Positions 1-9,964 are shown, counted from the first letter of the stretch. The stretch: 55,485 nucleotides of DNA from an uncultured bacterium (GCA_903844055.1 CAIMSF010000171.1:1-55485), one strand, 5' to 3'. Program-made: numbers and translations. Notes: generated by a model from the sequence alone, not told the origin.

Positions 1-645
1 AAAGCCTATGCGCTGCGAAGGCCAAGCGGCGCGAATCCGCTGCTTAAGTACGGCCATACCTACCCGCATTTCCTCGACTATGTCAAAGCCCACCCGGAAG
101 CTTCCGTGATCGAAATGGACACGGTCTACGGACTGGCGTCCGAGGATGAGAAGCTTCTGACCTTCTATCACCGCCAGAGCCATCTGCAATTCGCCGTCCT
201 GATTTCCGATATGCGACCATCGTCGGTCACCGGCGTCATCAAATCTTTACACAAAGCGCTGGGGGACCTGTTTCAGCCCCTGTTCGACGTGATCCTGGCC
301 GACAACGGCATCGAGTTCGACGAGCTGATTCCGGCTTCCGTCGATCCGGATACCGGTGAAATCATCTCCCACGTCTTCTATACGCGGCCGTACCGTTCCG
401 GCGACAAGGGCGGCTGCGAACGCAATCACGAGTTCTTCCGTTATTTCGTTCCGAAAGGCCACGGTTTGTCCGCTTTTATGCAAAAAGACATCGATTTCAT
501 GTTTTCCATGATCAATTCCTACCCCAGGGAATCCTTGTCATGGAAAACACCGATCGATGTCTTCAAGCAATACTTTCCAAGAGACATCCTTGAGCTTCTC
601 AAACTGAGGAAAGTCCCTTTGGAAGACGTAACATTGAAACGCTGA
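1..645 (+). mobile_element. IS30-family transposase gene, 3' part. The reading frame is open to the window edge, so the 5' part lies outside the window.
   Basis: Frame 1 has no stop from nt 1 to the TGA at 643-645. The peptide shows an IS30-type DDE core: ...VILADNGIEFDEL... and ...YTRPYRSGDKGGCERNHEFFRYFVPKG.... AT-rich non-coding DNA follows. The terminal inverted repeat cannot be defined without the left end. Confidence 0.8.
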
Positions 646-924
646 TCTTCACGGGCTTCGGCCGCCCGTAAGATCCATCGGCTGGAACACATCATCGTCC
701 GCGTTGCGTCAAGTCCGCAAAGAAGCCGACGCCGCACGCTTTTCGTGGTGCGTAAATACCGATGATTTTGACCTTTTCTACCATTATACTATCCCCAATT
801 CAAAAAAAAAGAAAGTAGAGTACCGCAATTTTCTCCACTTTCTTCCGCTTTTTGTGTGAGATCAATAATTCTTTATGATCAATTGCGTTTAGAACTAGAA
901 GTAACATGACGACCGCGATTTTTT

Positions 925-961
925 GGAAAGAAAGACGCCGTCCCGCGATGGGGACGGCGTC
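925..961 (-). terminator. Intrinsic terminator downstream of the lipoprotein gene
   Basis: 11-bp GC-rich stem GACGCCGTCCC (934-944) / GGGACGGCGTC (951-961). On the minus strand it is followed by TTTCTTTCC. Confidence 0.6.
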
Positions 962-987
962 CGTTGTTCCAATGTGCGTCGCGGGAC

Positions 988-3264
988 TCAGGCGGGGGTT
1001 CCGCCGCCGAACGCGTTCGGGATGATCATCATGAAATCGTTGATCGCATCCATCTGTTCGGTGGTGAGGGTATCGGCGTCATAGGCGCCGACCGTTCCGG
1101 CCTGGGCGATCACATCGTCGATCGCGCCGACGAGGGCGGTCTCGAGGTCGGTCACCTGCTGGAGGGTCATGCCGCTGAGCGTGAGGAAGTCGGCGTTCGC
1201 CATGAAGTCGAAGGCCGCGCCGACGACGGCGTCGATCTGCGTCTCTTGCGTCGGCGTGATCCAGGCGTCGAGGTGATGGGCGATGAAGATGACCGTGGCG
1301 TAACGCTCATACTCGCCGTCATAGTCGTAGTTGGCGAGATAGTCGGCTCCGAACTCCGTCACGTTGTGATTGTGGATTTCGGTGACGAGCATGCCGTAAT
1401 GGCCGAACAGGTCGCCCGTATTCGCGTAGGCGATGAAGCTCTGGAGCAGGCCGAGGACGTTCTGGTCCTGGGCGTCGAGCGTCGTGTTGAGGAGGGCGAC
1501 GAGGTTGTCGAGGACCGTGGCGGTCGTTTCAAACTGGGTGGCGAGTTCGTCTTCCGGCACCATCGCGAGGACCATGTCGAGGACGGAGGCGAGCTGGGCT
1601 TCGGTCATCGTGCCGACCGTCGCGTTCATGAGCGCCATGACGGCGTCGAGGGTGGCGGCGGTGCTCAGGTTCTGCGCATACCGATAATCGGTTTCGTTCG
1701 GATAGGTCACTCCCTGATAGTCGTTGCGGTAGACATATTCATAAGAGTAATAATCGAAATCTTCGACGTAACTCCCCGATTCGGCGATCAGCCGGATGAG
1801 CGCGCAGTTGGTCGCGACGAGATGGTCGAAGGCCTTTTCAGCCATGTCGTCGAAGACGGCTCCGCCCGCCGTCGCGAGCTGGTAGGTAAGGTCGAGGAGG
1901 ATGTTCTCGACGATCGCCGCATCGGCTTCGGAAGCGCCTTGGGCGATCATCAGTTCGGCGTACGAGTCGACCATCGCTTCAAACGCGGCCTGTTCCTGTG
2001 CCTCGGTGAAGACGTTGTCGAGACTGTCGATCAACACCTGGTTGGCATCCTCGAAGGTCGAGAAAGCCATGATGAAGAGGATCGCCCGCTCGGCGTTGGC
2101 CCTGGTTTCGGTGTAATCGCCGTTGTCGAGCGCCATCATGTCGTCGATGAAGGTTGCATCCAGCGACGCGAGGAAGCGGATCGCGATTTCCATCATGATG
2201 CGGACTTCGGCCGCATATTCGTTCGCGAGGTCGGCGGTCATCGAGGTGACGTCGCCGTTCATCGCGTCTTCCAGCACCGCCAGCAGTTCGAAGACGAGGG
2301 TAAGGTCTTCGCCGCTCGGCAGGTTGTCGAGGAGGAGCGTGGTGATTTCGTTCTTGACGAGGACGATTTCGGCCGCGGTCGCGTCCGGATCGTCGGCGAT
2401 CGCCTCGATCTGCTCGATCAGGGTGACGGTGATCTGTTCGTGGAACGCCAGGAGGTAGTCGACGACGGCCATCACGGTGACGAGCATCTGATCGCGGTTT
2501 TCCTCGATCGCCGTCTGCATGTTGGTGAGCGTTTCGATCTGCCGGTTGATCTCGTCGATGCGGCTCAGATAGTATTCGTCGCCGGGATACATGTCGAGCA
2601 TGTCTTCGTAGTAGGCGCGGTTCTCTTCTTCGCTTGCGATCTGCTCGTCGATCATGTCGGGCGCGATGAGCAGGAAGGCGCTCAGGTAGGCCTCATAGTT
2701 TTCGACGTCGGCGACGAAGGCGGTGAGCGCGTCATTCATCATCGACATGTCGCCATCGGCGGTCTCCATCGCGGTCTGGAAGGTCTGGACGGCGTCGATG
2801 TCGTTTTGGAAGATCGGGCCGGTGATGCCCTTGCGGACCAGCTCGGCGGCGACGCCCTCGGGAAGGGTCATGTCTTCCCCGTCGGCCACGGCGTTGATCG
2901 CGGCGATGACGATGGCGGGGTTGGCGACATAGGCGACCGAGGCCGACGGAACGGAATCCTCATAGCCGGTCGGACCGACCGCGACGACGGTGAAGAGCAG
3001 GCTGTCGCCGGTCAGGCTGGTGAAGTCGTAGGAAGTGGTGTTGACGGTGGCCGTTTCGACGCCGTTCACGTAGACCTTGTACTGCGTGACGCCGGCGACG
3101 GCGGTCCAGGAAAGAACCTTGCCGCTGATGGAGAGGTTGGTCGGAGCGGCGACGCTTTCCGCGGGGATGACATCGGTGGTCGAGACGGTCGTGACCTGCT
3201 GGCAGGCCGCGAGTCCGAACACACCGAGGAGCAAGAGCAGTGCGAACAGGAATCTTGTTTTCAT
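988..3264 (-). CDS. Large secreted lipoprotein with an N-terminal FN3-like domain followed by a ~620-aa very acidic helical region. Function unknown.
   Basis: Signal peptide plus lipobox MKTRFLFALLLLLGVFGLAAC. FN3-like segment APTNLSISGKVLSWTAVAGVTQYKVYVNGVETATVNTTSYDF. The rest is D/E/A/L-rich with no catalytic motif I recognise. AGGAGG lies 5 nt upstream of the ATG and overlaps the stop codon of the permease gene. Confidence 0.75.
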   Translation of the reverse strand: MKTRFLFALLLLLGVFGLAACQQVTTVSTTDVIPAESVAAPTNLSISGKVLSWTAVAGVTQYKVYVNGVETATVNTTSYDFTSLTGDSLLFTVVAVGPTGYEDSVPSASVAYVANPAIVIAAINAVADGEDMTLPEGVAAELVRKGITGPIFQNDIDAVQTFQTAMETADGDMSMMNDALTAFVADVENYEAYLSAFLLIAPDMIDEQIASEEENRAYYEDMLDMYPGDEYYLSRIDEINRQIETLTNMQTAIEENRDQMLVTVMAVVDYLLAFHEQITVTLIEQIEAIADDPDATAAEIVLVKNEITTLLLDNLPSGEDLTLVFELLAVLEDAMNGDVTSMTADLANEYAAEVRIMMEIAIRFLASLDATFIDDMMALDNGDYTETRANAERAILFIMAFSTFEDANQVLIDSLDNVFTEAQEQAAFEAMVDSYAELMIAQGASEADAAIVENILLDLTYQLATAGGAVFDDMAEKAFDHLVATNCALIRLIAESGSYVEDFDYYSYEYVYRNDYQGVTYPNETDYRYAQNLSTAATLDAVMALMNATVGTMTEAQLASVLDMVLAMVPEDELATQFETTATVLDNLVALLNTTLDAQDQNVLGLLQSFIAYANTGDLFGHYGMLVTEIHNHNVTEFGADYLANYDYDGEYERYATVIFIAHHLDAWITPTQETQIDAVVGAAFDFMANADFLTLSGMTLQQVTDLETALVGAIDDVIAQAGTVGAYDADTLTTEQMDAINDFMMIIPNAFGGGTPA

Positions 3265-3273
3265 AGTGACCTC

Positions 3274-5733
3274 CTAATATTTTTTGATTTCGTCGGTGAT
3301 GCGCATGCGCCCCACCTTGACGAAATAGGTGCCATAGCCGAAGAGAAAGACGAGAACGCCCGCGCCGATCGCCAAGACGGTCTTGAGGGGATCGAGCGGG
3401 ATGACCTTGTAATTGTCGAACAGGAGCATCAACTCCGGCATCGCCGGGAAGAAGACGAGGACGATCGCGGTGGCGGCGAGGGCGGCGAATGCGGCGAGGA
3501 TGCCGGCTTCCGCCGCGAACAGCCCGACCAGGGTTCCCCGGCTGGCGCCGAGGGTGATCAGGCGCGCATAGTCCGACTTCATCGCATCAAAGACCAGGAC
3601 CGCGTTGTTGAGGATGACGACGACGAAACAGAACGCGACCGCCCAGCCGATGATCATCATGTAGTCGGCGATCGATAGGAACATGCGGGAAATGTCGGTG
3701 AACGTTTCTTCGACGTCGAGCAGGTAGTACATCCGGCTGGCGTAATCCTTGACCATCGCGGCGGCCGTCTCGCCGTCATCGGATACGTTGATGAGGAGGG
3801 CGTTCACGGGCGCGGCGTCCTGATACCCCGGAACGCCGATGAGGTTCGTGATTGCGATGCTGTCGAAATACGTGTCGATGAACCCGGCGACGACGAACGT
3901 CGCTTCGGGCAGGTCCTTGCTGATTCTGAGTTGGACTTCATCCCCTTCTTCGAGTCGGTAAACCCTGCCCAGCGAGACAGGCAACAAAACCTGGGGGCGC
4001 GACGTGTCCGCGAAGCGTTCGCGTGCGCCTGGGTCGATGGCAAAATCGAAATACCTTTCAATCGCGTCGGCTTCGAGCGAGAACGCGAAGCGGAGCCGCT
4101 TCTCGCCGGTCCCGGTCTTCAGGACCACCTTCGTGTAGAAGTGCGCCTCGTCCACGGCGGTCGGTCCGTAGCGCGATTCGATCTCGGTTTTCAGCGCCGG
4201 ATCGTAGTCGAAGATGTTCGACAGGACGTAATCGGCCTTCAATTGGTCGCCGACGGACGCCGTCGCGACCACGATGAAGTGGTTGAGCATCAGCGTGACG
4301 GCGATCACGACGATCGCCATCGTCGCGACCTTGAGCGCGTTGTGGGCGATCCGGTCGGAAGCCAGATGGCGGATCGTGAAGAGTCCGAACGCGCTTTTTT
4401 TCGGAATCCTGCGGGAAATCGGGGCTAGGCTCGCCAGTAGGAGGGACAGTCCGCTGAACGCGGACAGCAGCAGGAACGCGGTCTCCGCGAGGCGGCCCCA
4501 CGGCGTCGCATACCAAGCGCCGATCCGGTTGACCGCCAACAGGACGACGGCGACGGCGAACGTCCACGGCGAGACCGTCGACCGTTCGCTCTTCCGGTCG
4601 GTGCTGAGGCCCACCGCCGAACGGCGACGGAGCCGCCGGAAGCGGACCGCCAGTTCGGCGAGGATGAGACCCACCAGCGATCCCACGGCGATCAGGGTCA
4701 GGAGCGGGTCGAGCCTCACGAACCCCTGAATCCCGACGAACGGGCGCGACAGGTTGATCCCGACCCAGGCGATCAGGAGGCCGAGCGGGACGGCGAAAAG
4801 CAGGATGATCGTAAATTCCCAAAGCCAGACGCGGAAGGCGAAGCGGTCGGATCCGCCGAGCGTCTGGATCACTCCGATCTGCGGGGCGATGTCGCGGAAC
4901 AGGATCGGGAAGACGGAACGCAGCACGAGCACGAGGGTGATGATCGCCATCAGCCCGATGCCGAGGAAAATCGAGGAGTTGAACGTCGCCATGCGGGCGA
5001 TGTCGGCGTCGTTCACGACTTCCGTGAAGACGAAGGAGGCGTATTCCGGCTCGGCGGACAACAGGTCGATCGTTTCCTGCAGGTCGACGCCGGGTCGAAG
5101 CGCGAAATAGAGGGTGTTGCCGAGGTTGCCGAGGTTATCCGTGCCGTAGATCAGATCCAGGAGCGCCGTCTTGTTGACGAAGACGACGTCGCCTTCGAAC
5201 AATCCGACATCGTCGGCGACCGCTTCGATCCGATGCGGATATCCGGTCCCGCCGACATACAGGTCGAACGTGTCGCCCGCCGCCAGACCGTGATCCTCGG
5301 CGAACGAGCGGGTGACGACGGCCTTGCCCACCGCGAGGCTGGGAAGGTCGGTGCGGATCACCCGTTCCATCTCCGCCACGGAGGAGGACATGACTTGCGC
5401 GTACGCCACTTCTTCGCCGACGCCGACTCCGGCGTAGAAATTGAAGAAGGAGGCGAAAAAGCTGAAGCGGTCCGCATACTTCTCCGCGATCGTGCGCTTG
5501 TTCATGATGCGGGTGGTGGAGTTGGCGTCATAGGTCATCACGAGATCGACGTCGAGATATGTTTCCGTCTGATCGAGGGTGAACATCTGCCGGAACGAAT
5601 CGTCGATCGTGATCATCGTCACGGCGAGCGCCGCGACGATCGTCAGCGTGAAGAAGACGACGAGTGAGCGGCCGATGTTGCCGAGGATGTTGCGCCCGGC
5701 GAAGCGGATTTCAAACCGCGTCGAGGCGAACAT
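3274..5733 (-). CDS. ABC transporter permease, fused double FtsX/MacB-type (YbbP-like)
   Basis: 819 aa. About 10 hydrophobic segments form two FtsX-like modules, each preceded by a ~200-aa extracytoplasmic domain. Its start overlaps the ATPase gene by 23 nt. Confidence 0.8.
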   Translation of the reverse strand: MFASTRFEIRFAGRNILGNIGRSLVVFFTLTIVAALAVTMITIDDSFRQMFTLDQTETYLDVDLVMTYDANSTTRIMNKRTIAEKYADRFSFFASFFNFYAGVGVGEEVAYAQVMSSSVAEMERVIRTDLPSLAVGKAVVTRSFAEDHGLAAGDTFDLYVGGTGYPHRIEAVADDVGLFEGDVVFVNKTALLDLIYGTDNLGNLGNTLYFALRPGVDLQETIDLLSAEPEYASFVFTEVVNDADIARMATFNSSIFLGIGLMAIITLVLVLRSVFPILFRDIAPQIGVIQTLGGSDRFAFRVWLWEFTIILLFAVPLGLLIAWVGINLSRPFVGIQGFVRLDPLLTLIAVGSLVGLILAELAVRFRRLRRRSAVGLSTDRKSERSTVSPWTFAVAVVLLAVNRIGAWYATPWGRLAETAFLLLSAFSGLSLLLASLAPISRRIPKKSAFGLFTIRHLASDRIAHNALKVATMAIVVIAVTLMLNHFIVVATASVGDQLKADYVLSNIFDYDPALKTEIESRYGPTAVDEAHFYTKVVLKTGTGEKRLRFAFSLEADAIERYFDFAIDPGARERFADTSRPQVLLPVSLGRVYRLEEGDEVQLRISKDLPEATFVVAGFIDTYFDSIAITNLIGVPGYQDAAPVNALLINVSDDGETAAAMVKDYASRMYYLLDVEETFTDISRMFLSIADYMMIIGWAVAFCFVVVILNNAVLVFDAMKSDYARLITLGASRGTLVGLFAAEAGILAAFAALAATAIVLVFFPAMPELMLLFDNYKVIPLDPLKTVLAIGAGVLVFLFGYGTYFVKVGRMRITDEIKKY

Positions 5734-6403
5734 CTTTGACGACCCTTCCGTCGGCGAGACGCACGTTGCGGTTGCAGTACTTGAGAAACTCCTCGCCGTG
5801 CGTCACGAGCACGACCGTCTTGCGATGCGTCCGATTGAGGTCGCGGAGGATCTCCATGATGTCGGCCGCGTTGACGGAATCGAGGTTGCCGGTGGGTTCG
5901 TCGGCGAAGATGATCTCAGGATCGTTGACGAGCGCCCGCGCGATCGCGACGCGCTGCTGCATGCCGCCGGACAGTTCGTTCGGGAATGCGTCCTTGCGGT
6001 CGAGCATGCCGACCATCGCGAGCACCGCGTCGATCCGCTTCGGGTCGCGCCGGTCGGCGAGGACCGTCGCGAGTTCGACGTTCTCCCGTACGGTCAGGTT
6101 CGGGATCAGGTTGTAGAACTGGAAGATGAAGCCGATCTTGCGCTGGCGGAGCAGGGCGAGTTCGCGGTCGCTATAGTCGCCGGTGGCCTTTCCGAAGAGG
6201 GTGACGGTTCCTGCGGTGGGCCGTTCCAATCCCGATAGGACATAGAGGAGCGTCGTCTTGCCCGATCCGGAAGCGCCGGTGATGCCGACGAAATCGTGCG
6301 AGTCGATGACGAGGTCGACCTGTTTCAGCACGTTCACGGTCACCTTGCCGTTCTCGTAGTTTTTGACGACGGCGCTGCCGACGATCCGATCCATGCGCTC
6401 CAC
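5711..6403 (-). CDS. ABC transporter ATP-binding protein (MacB/LolD/YbbA-type)
   Basis: Walker A GASGSGKTT, signature LSGGMQQRVAIARAL, Walker B IIFADEPTGNLD. The start is either GTG at 6403 or ATG at 6394. Confidence 0.9.
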   Translation of the reverse strand: MERMDRIVGSAVVKNYENGKVTVNVLKQVDLVIDSHDFVGITGASGSGKTTLLYVLSGLERPTAGTVTLFGKATGDYSDRELALLRQRKIGFIFQFYNLIPNLTVRENVELATVLADRRDPKRIDAVLAMVGMLDRKDAFPNELSGGMQQRVAIARALVNDPEIIFADEPTGNLDSVNAADIMEILRDLNRTHRKTVVLVTHGEEFLKYCNRNVRLADGRVVKDVRLDAV

Positions 6404-6431
6404 CCGCGGTTCCGACTTGAATGTTTGATGA

Positions 6432-6449
6432 TGAACAAGCGTATGTTCA
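6432..6449. promoter_or_regulatory. Perfect palindrome TGAACA-N6-TGTTCA just downstream of the ABC operon promoter. Candidate operator or 5'-UTR hairpin.
   Basis: tgaacaagcgtatgttca at 6432-6449, roughly +4 to +22 relative to the predicted -10 box. Confidence 0.35.
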
Positions 6450-6455
6450 CCATTG

Positions 6456-6489
6456 ATTATAGTATATCACCAATGCGCTGCATTTTCAA
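6456..6489 (-). promoter_or_regulatory. Sigma-A-type promoter of the ABC-lipoprotein operon
   Basis: Minus strand reads TTGAAA (6489-6484), 17 nt, TATACT (6466-6461). This overlaps a second TATAAT (6461-6456). Confidence 0.55.
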
Positions 6490-6520
6490 TGCAACCGACC
6501 CATAAACCGCGTCCGCCAAG

Positions 6521-6550
6521 AAAAAAACCACCCCGAATCCGGGTGGTCTC
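6521..6550 (-). terminator. Intrinsic terminator of tnaA
   Basis: Minus strand reads ACCACCCGGATTCGGGGTGGT followed by TTTTTTT, immediately after the tnaA stop. Confidence 0.7.
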
Positions 6551-6573
6551 AAGGCATGGGAGATGGCGGGAAT

Positions 6574-7956
6574 TCATAATGGCCTGAACCGCGACGTGAA
6601 ATGGCGGAGGACCGGCGACTCGTAGGTGAACGCGAGGCCTTTGAGCCCGCTGGCGCGCTTGGCGACCGCGATCAGGCAGTCCGCGACGTAATCGAGATGC
6701 TGGAAGGTGTAGGTGCGGCGCGGGATGGTCAGCCGCATCAGTTCGAGCTCGGCCTTGCTGTTCTTGCCCGTGTCGGGATTCCGCCCGAGCAACAGCGATC
6801 CGATCTCGACGGCGCGGACGCCGCCTTCGAGATAGAGGGCGTTGGTCACCGCAAGCGCCGGGAACTGGTCGAACGGGATCTGCGGACAGAGCTTCCCGCA
6901 GTCGACGAACACGGCGTGCCCGCCCGTCGGCACCTGGATCGGCACGCCGGCCGCAACGAGACGGTCGCCCAGATAGCGGACTTCGTCGATGCGGTAGCGC
7001 AGATAGTCTTCCTCGAGCGCTTCGCCGAGACCGACGGCGAGCGCGTCCATGTCGCGTCCGGCCAAGCCGCCGTAGGTCGGGAATCCTTCCATCGGGACGA
7101 TGCGGGTCTGGCAGCGGCGGAACAGGTCGGCGTCATCCTTGATCGCGATCAGACCGCCGATGTTCACGAGGCCGTCCTTCTTCGAACTCATCAACAGGAC
7201 GTCCGCGTTGTCGAACATCTCGCGGGCGATCGCCCGGATCGGGACGTCGTGGTATCCCGCTTCGCGGATCTTGATGAAGTAGGCGTTTTCGGCGTAGCGG
7301 GCGCCGTCGATGACGGTCTTGATGCCATATTTGACCGCGATGGCGCGGACGGCGCGGATGTTCTCCATCGAAACGGGTTGCCCGCCGACGGCGTTGTTGG
7401 TCACGGTGACGATGATTCCGGCGACGTTCTGCGGTCCGCGGGAGAGGATCTCGCGTTCGAGTTTGACAAGGTCGAAATTGCCTTTGAAGGGATGGTAGTG
7501 GGCGGTGTCGAAACAGGCGTCGATGGCGGTGTCGACGGCTCGCGCCCCGGCGATTTCGACATGGGCGCGGGTGGTGTCGAAATGGGTGTTGGAGATGAAG
7601 ACCATGCCGGGATGCGAAATCATCTCGGGGATGACGACCTGCTCGGCGCCGCGCCCCTGATGGGCCGGCATGACGTATCGGTATCCGGTGATGCCCTTGA
7701 CGACGGCTTCGAGTCGAAAATAACTGGAGGAACCGGCGTAGGACTCGTCGCCGATCATCAGCGCGCCCCACTGGAAATGGCTCATCGCGCCGGTTCCGGA
7801 GTCGGTGAGCAAGTCGATGAAGACATCGTCGCTTCTCAGTTGGAAGACGTTGTATCCGGCGTCCGCGAGACGCTTTTCGCGTTCTTCGCGCGTCGTTTGA
7901 TGAATCGGTTCGACCATCTTGATCTTATAGGGCGGCAAGGCGTATCGATTGTCCAT
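6574..7956 (-). CDS. tnaA: Tryptophanase (tryptophan indole-lyase; PLP-dependent beta-eliminating lyase)
   Basis: [12 protein letters not shown] and the PLP-lysine motif [20 protein letters not shown] has Asp where tyrosine phenol-lyase has Thr. The C-terminal LRHFTSRF has His as in TnaA (TPL has Phe). GGAGGA RBS. Confidence 0.75.
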   Translation of the reverse strand: MDNRYALPPYKIKMVEPIHQTTREEREKRLADAGYNVFQLRSDDVFIDLLTDSGTGAMSHFQWGALMIGDESYAGSSSYFRLEAVVKGITGYRYVMPAHQGRGAEQVVIPEMISHPGMVFISNTHFDTTRAHVEIAGARAVDTAIDACFDTAHYHPFKGNFDLVKLEREILSRGPQNVAGIIVTVTNNAVGGQPVSMENIRAVRAIAVKYGIKTVIDGARYAENAYFIKIREAGYHDVPIRAIAREMFDNADVLLMSSKKDGLVNIGGLIAIKDDADLFRRCQTRIVPMEGFPTYGGLAGRDMDALAVGLGEALEEDYLRYRIDEVRYLGDRLVAAGVPIQVPTGGHAVFVDCGKLCPQIPFDQFPALAVTNALYLEGGVRAVEIGSLLLGRNPDTGKNSKAELELMRLTIPRRTYTFQHLDYVADCLIAVAKRASGLKGLAFTYESPVLRHFTSRFRPL

Positions 7957-8169
7957 GGTTGGGTTCCTCCGGTTGCGACTACTCTTTTTATATCATAAAA
8001 GCATTTGGAAAGAAAGCGTTTTCGGGTATCGGCCGTGAAAACCCGCCGCTGTTTTTCCATCGGCCGCGGTGCAGATGACTTGATTTTCACTCCGCCGTTT
8101 CGTGAAACCCCGAGACGGATGGAGCGGCGTATGCTATGATTGGGGTGAGATTCCGGAAGGGAGCCCGCC

Positions 8170-9960
8170 ATGACCGAACATACGACACTCAACCGATGGA
8201 TCGCCGATCAGATCCGCCACTGCCAGCCCGACCAGGTGGTATGGTGGCACGGAACCCCCGCACAATACGACGAAACGCTTACGATGATGGTGAAAAACGG
8301 GGCCGCCGTCGCCCTTGACCCCGTCAAGCGTCCGGGCTGCTACCTGTTCCGCTCCCATCCGTCAGACGTCGCCCGCGTGGAGAACCGCACGTTCATCGCT
8401 TCCGAACGTCTCGCCGATGCCGGCCCGACGAACAATTGGATCGAACCGGGGCGCCTGAAGGCGATCCTTTCCGGGCTCTACGCCGGATCGATGAAGGGAC
8501 GCACGATGTATGTGGTCCCATTCTCGATGGGTCCGCTCCGATCGTCGTTTTCGAAATTCGCCGTCTTGCTCACCGACAGCCCCTACGTCGCCGTGAACAT
8601 GCAGATCATGACGCGCACCGGCGATGCCGTGCTTGCCGCCATCGGCTCCGACGGCGCCTTCGTCCCCTGTCTCCATTCGGTCGGCTACCCGCTATCCGCG
8701 GGCGTCGCCGATCCCGCCTGGCCATGCGCGCCGATCGAACAGAAATACATCGCCCACTTCCCCGAGGAACGGATGATCTGGTCCTATGGGTCGGGCTACG
8801 GCGGAAACGCCCTGCTTGGCAAGAAATGCCTCGCCCTGCGCATCGCTTCGGTCCAGGCCCGAGACGAAGGCTGGCTCGCCGAGCACATGCTGATCCTCAA
8901 ACTCACCAACCCCGAAGGCAAGGTCCGCTATGTCACCGGGGCGTTCCCATCCGCGTGCGGGAAGACCAATCTGGCGATGCTCGTCCCCACGATTCCCGGC
9001 TGGAAGGTCGAAACCATCGGCGACGACATCGCCTGGATGCGGTTCGGCCGCGACGGCCGGCTGTACGCCGTCAATCCCGAGGCCGGTTTCTTCGGCGTCG
9101 CCCCCGGCACGTCGACGAACACGAATCCGAACGCGATGGCGACCATCGCCAAAAACACGATCTTCACGAATGTCGCCCTGACCGACGACGGGGACGTCTG
9201 GTGGGAAGGCATCGGCACGCCTGCCCCCGCCCATCTGATCGACTGGCAGGGAAAGGACTGGACGCCAAGTTCGAAGGAGCCCGCCGCGCATCCCAATGCC
9301 CGTTTCACCGCTCCCGCCGCCCAGTGTCCGGCGATCGCACCCGAATGGGAGGATCCCGCCGGCGTCCCGATCAGCGCGATCCTGATCGGCGGCCGGCGGC
9401 CGACGACGGTGCCGCTCGTGCAGGAAAGCAGGAGCTGGCGTCACGGCGTCTTCATGGGCTCGATCATGGGTTCGGAGATCACCGCCGCGACGATTTCCGA
9501 CCAGATCGGGCAAGTCCGCCGCGATCCCTTCGCGATGCTGCCGTTCATCGGCTACCACGCGGGCGACTATCTGCAGCACTGGCTTGACGTCGGCGCCTCC
9601 CGCGACCCGGCCAAACTGCCGAAAATCTATTCTGTCAACTGGTTCCGCAAGGATCAGCACGGGAAGTACCTATGGCCCGGATACGGCGAGAACAGCCGGA
9701 TCCTGAAATGGATCTTCGACCGCGCCGAAGGCACGACCGACGCCGTCGAAACCCCGATCGGCAGGATGCCGAGACCCGAAGACCTCGATCTCGCCGGTCT
9801 CGACCTCCGTCCCGAAACGACGCAAGCGCTCCTTTCAGTCGACGCGGACGCCTGGCGAAGGGAAACGGAGTCGATCCAAAGATATTATCGCATTTTTGGC
9901 GACCGGCTCCCGGCCGCGCTGACCGAGGAACTCGAATCGCTCAAACGACGACTGGCATGA
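8170..9960 (+). CDS. pckG: Phosphoenolpyruvate carboxykinase (GTP)
   Basis: 596 aa. GTP-PEPCK hallmarks FPSACGKTN and [36 protein letters not shown]. Confidence 0.9.
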   Translation: MTEHTTLNRWIADQIRHCQPDQVVWWHGTPAQYDETLTMMVKNGAAVALDPVKRPGCYLFRSHPSDVARVENRTFIASERLADAGPTNNWIEPGRLKAILSGLYAGSMKGRTMYVVPFSMGPLRSSFSKFAVLLTDSPYVAVNMQIMTRTGDAVLAAIGSDGAFVPCLHSVGYPLSAGVADPAWPCAPIEQKYIAHFPEERMIWSYGSGYGGNALLGKKCLALRIASVQARDEGWLAEHMLILKLTNPEGKVRYVTGAFPSACGKTNLAMLVPTIPGWKVETIGDDIAWMRFGRDGRLYAVNPEAGFFGVAPGTSTNTNPNAMATIAKNTIFTNVALTDDGDVWWEGIGTPAPAHLIDWQGKDWTPSSKEPAAHPNARFTAPAAQCPAIAPEWEDPAGVPISAILIGGRRPTTVPLVQESRSWRHGVFMGSIMGSEITAATISDQIGQVRRDPFAMLPFIGYHAGDYLQHWLDVGASRDPAKLPKIYSVNWFRKDQHGKYLWPGYGENSRILKWIFDRAEGTTDAVETPIGRMPRPEDLDLAGLDLRPETTQALLSVDADAWRRETESIQRYYRIFGDRLPAALTEELESLKRRLA

Positions 9961-9964
9961 CCGT

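Noticed and set aside
821-852. Imperfect inverted repeat GAAAGTAGAG/CTCCACTTTC as a terminator or IS30 terminal repeat
   Set aside because: It has one mismatch in 10 bp, an AT-rich stem and ambiguous orientation. Without the other IS end it cannot be assigned. It is mentioned only within the junction finding.
964-3678. 904-aa ORF on the plus strand spanning the lipoprotein and permease genes
   Set aside because: It is entirely antisense to two genes that have clear signals (lipobox, RBS, TM topology). The translation is a low-complexity mix rich in Arg, Asp, Gly, Glu and Val with no motifs. This is the expected stop-free antisense frame of GC3-biased coding DNA.
4058-4822. 254-aa same-strand ORF in an alternative frame inside the permease gene
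   Set aside because: The translation is Arg/Pro/Gly-rich and nested within a well-supported membrane protein gene. There is no start context. Similar out-of-frame ORFs (8436-9587, 33280-34074, 46427-47776, 48144-49007, 53496-54464) are rejected for the same reason.
6574-7956. Alternative call of tyrosine phenol-lyase
   Set aside because: The N-terminus and the PLP-lysine region resemble both enzymes. However, the two specificity positions I can read (FDTT Asp and LRHF His) match tryptophanase, so the tnaA call is kept, with moderate confidence.
7957-8169. Possible tnaC-like leader peptide for tnaA, or a CcpA cre site for pckG, in the divergent intergenic region
   Set aside because: There is no short ORF with an RBS and a Trp codon upstream of tnaA. 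The TGAAA-containing stretches do not match the cre consensus (TGWAANCGNTNWCA) at the central CG and the flanks.
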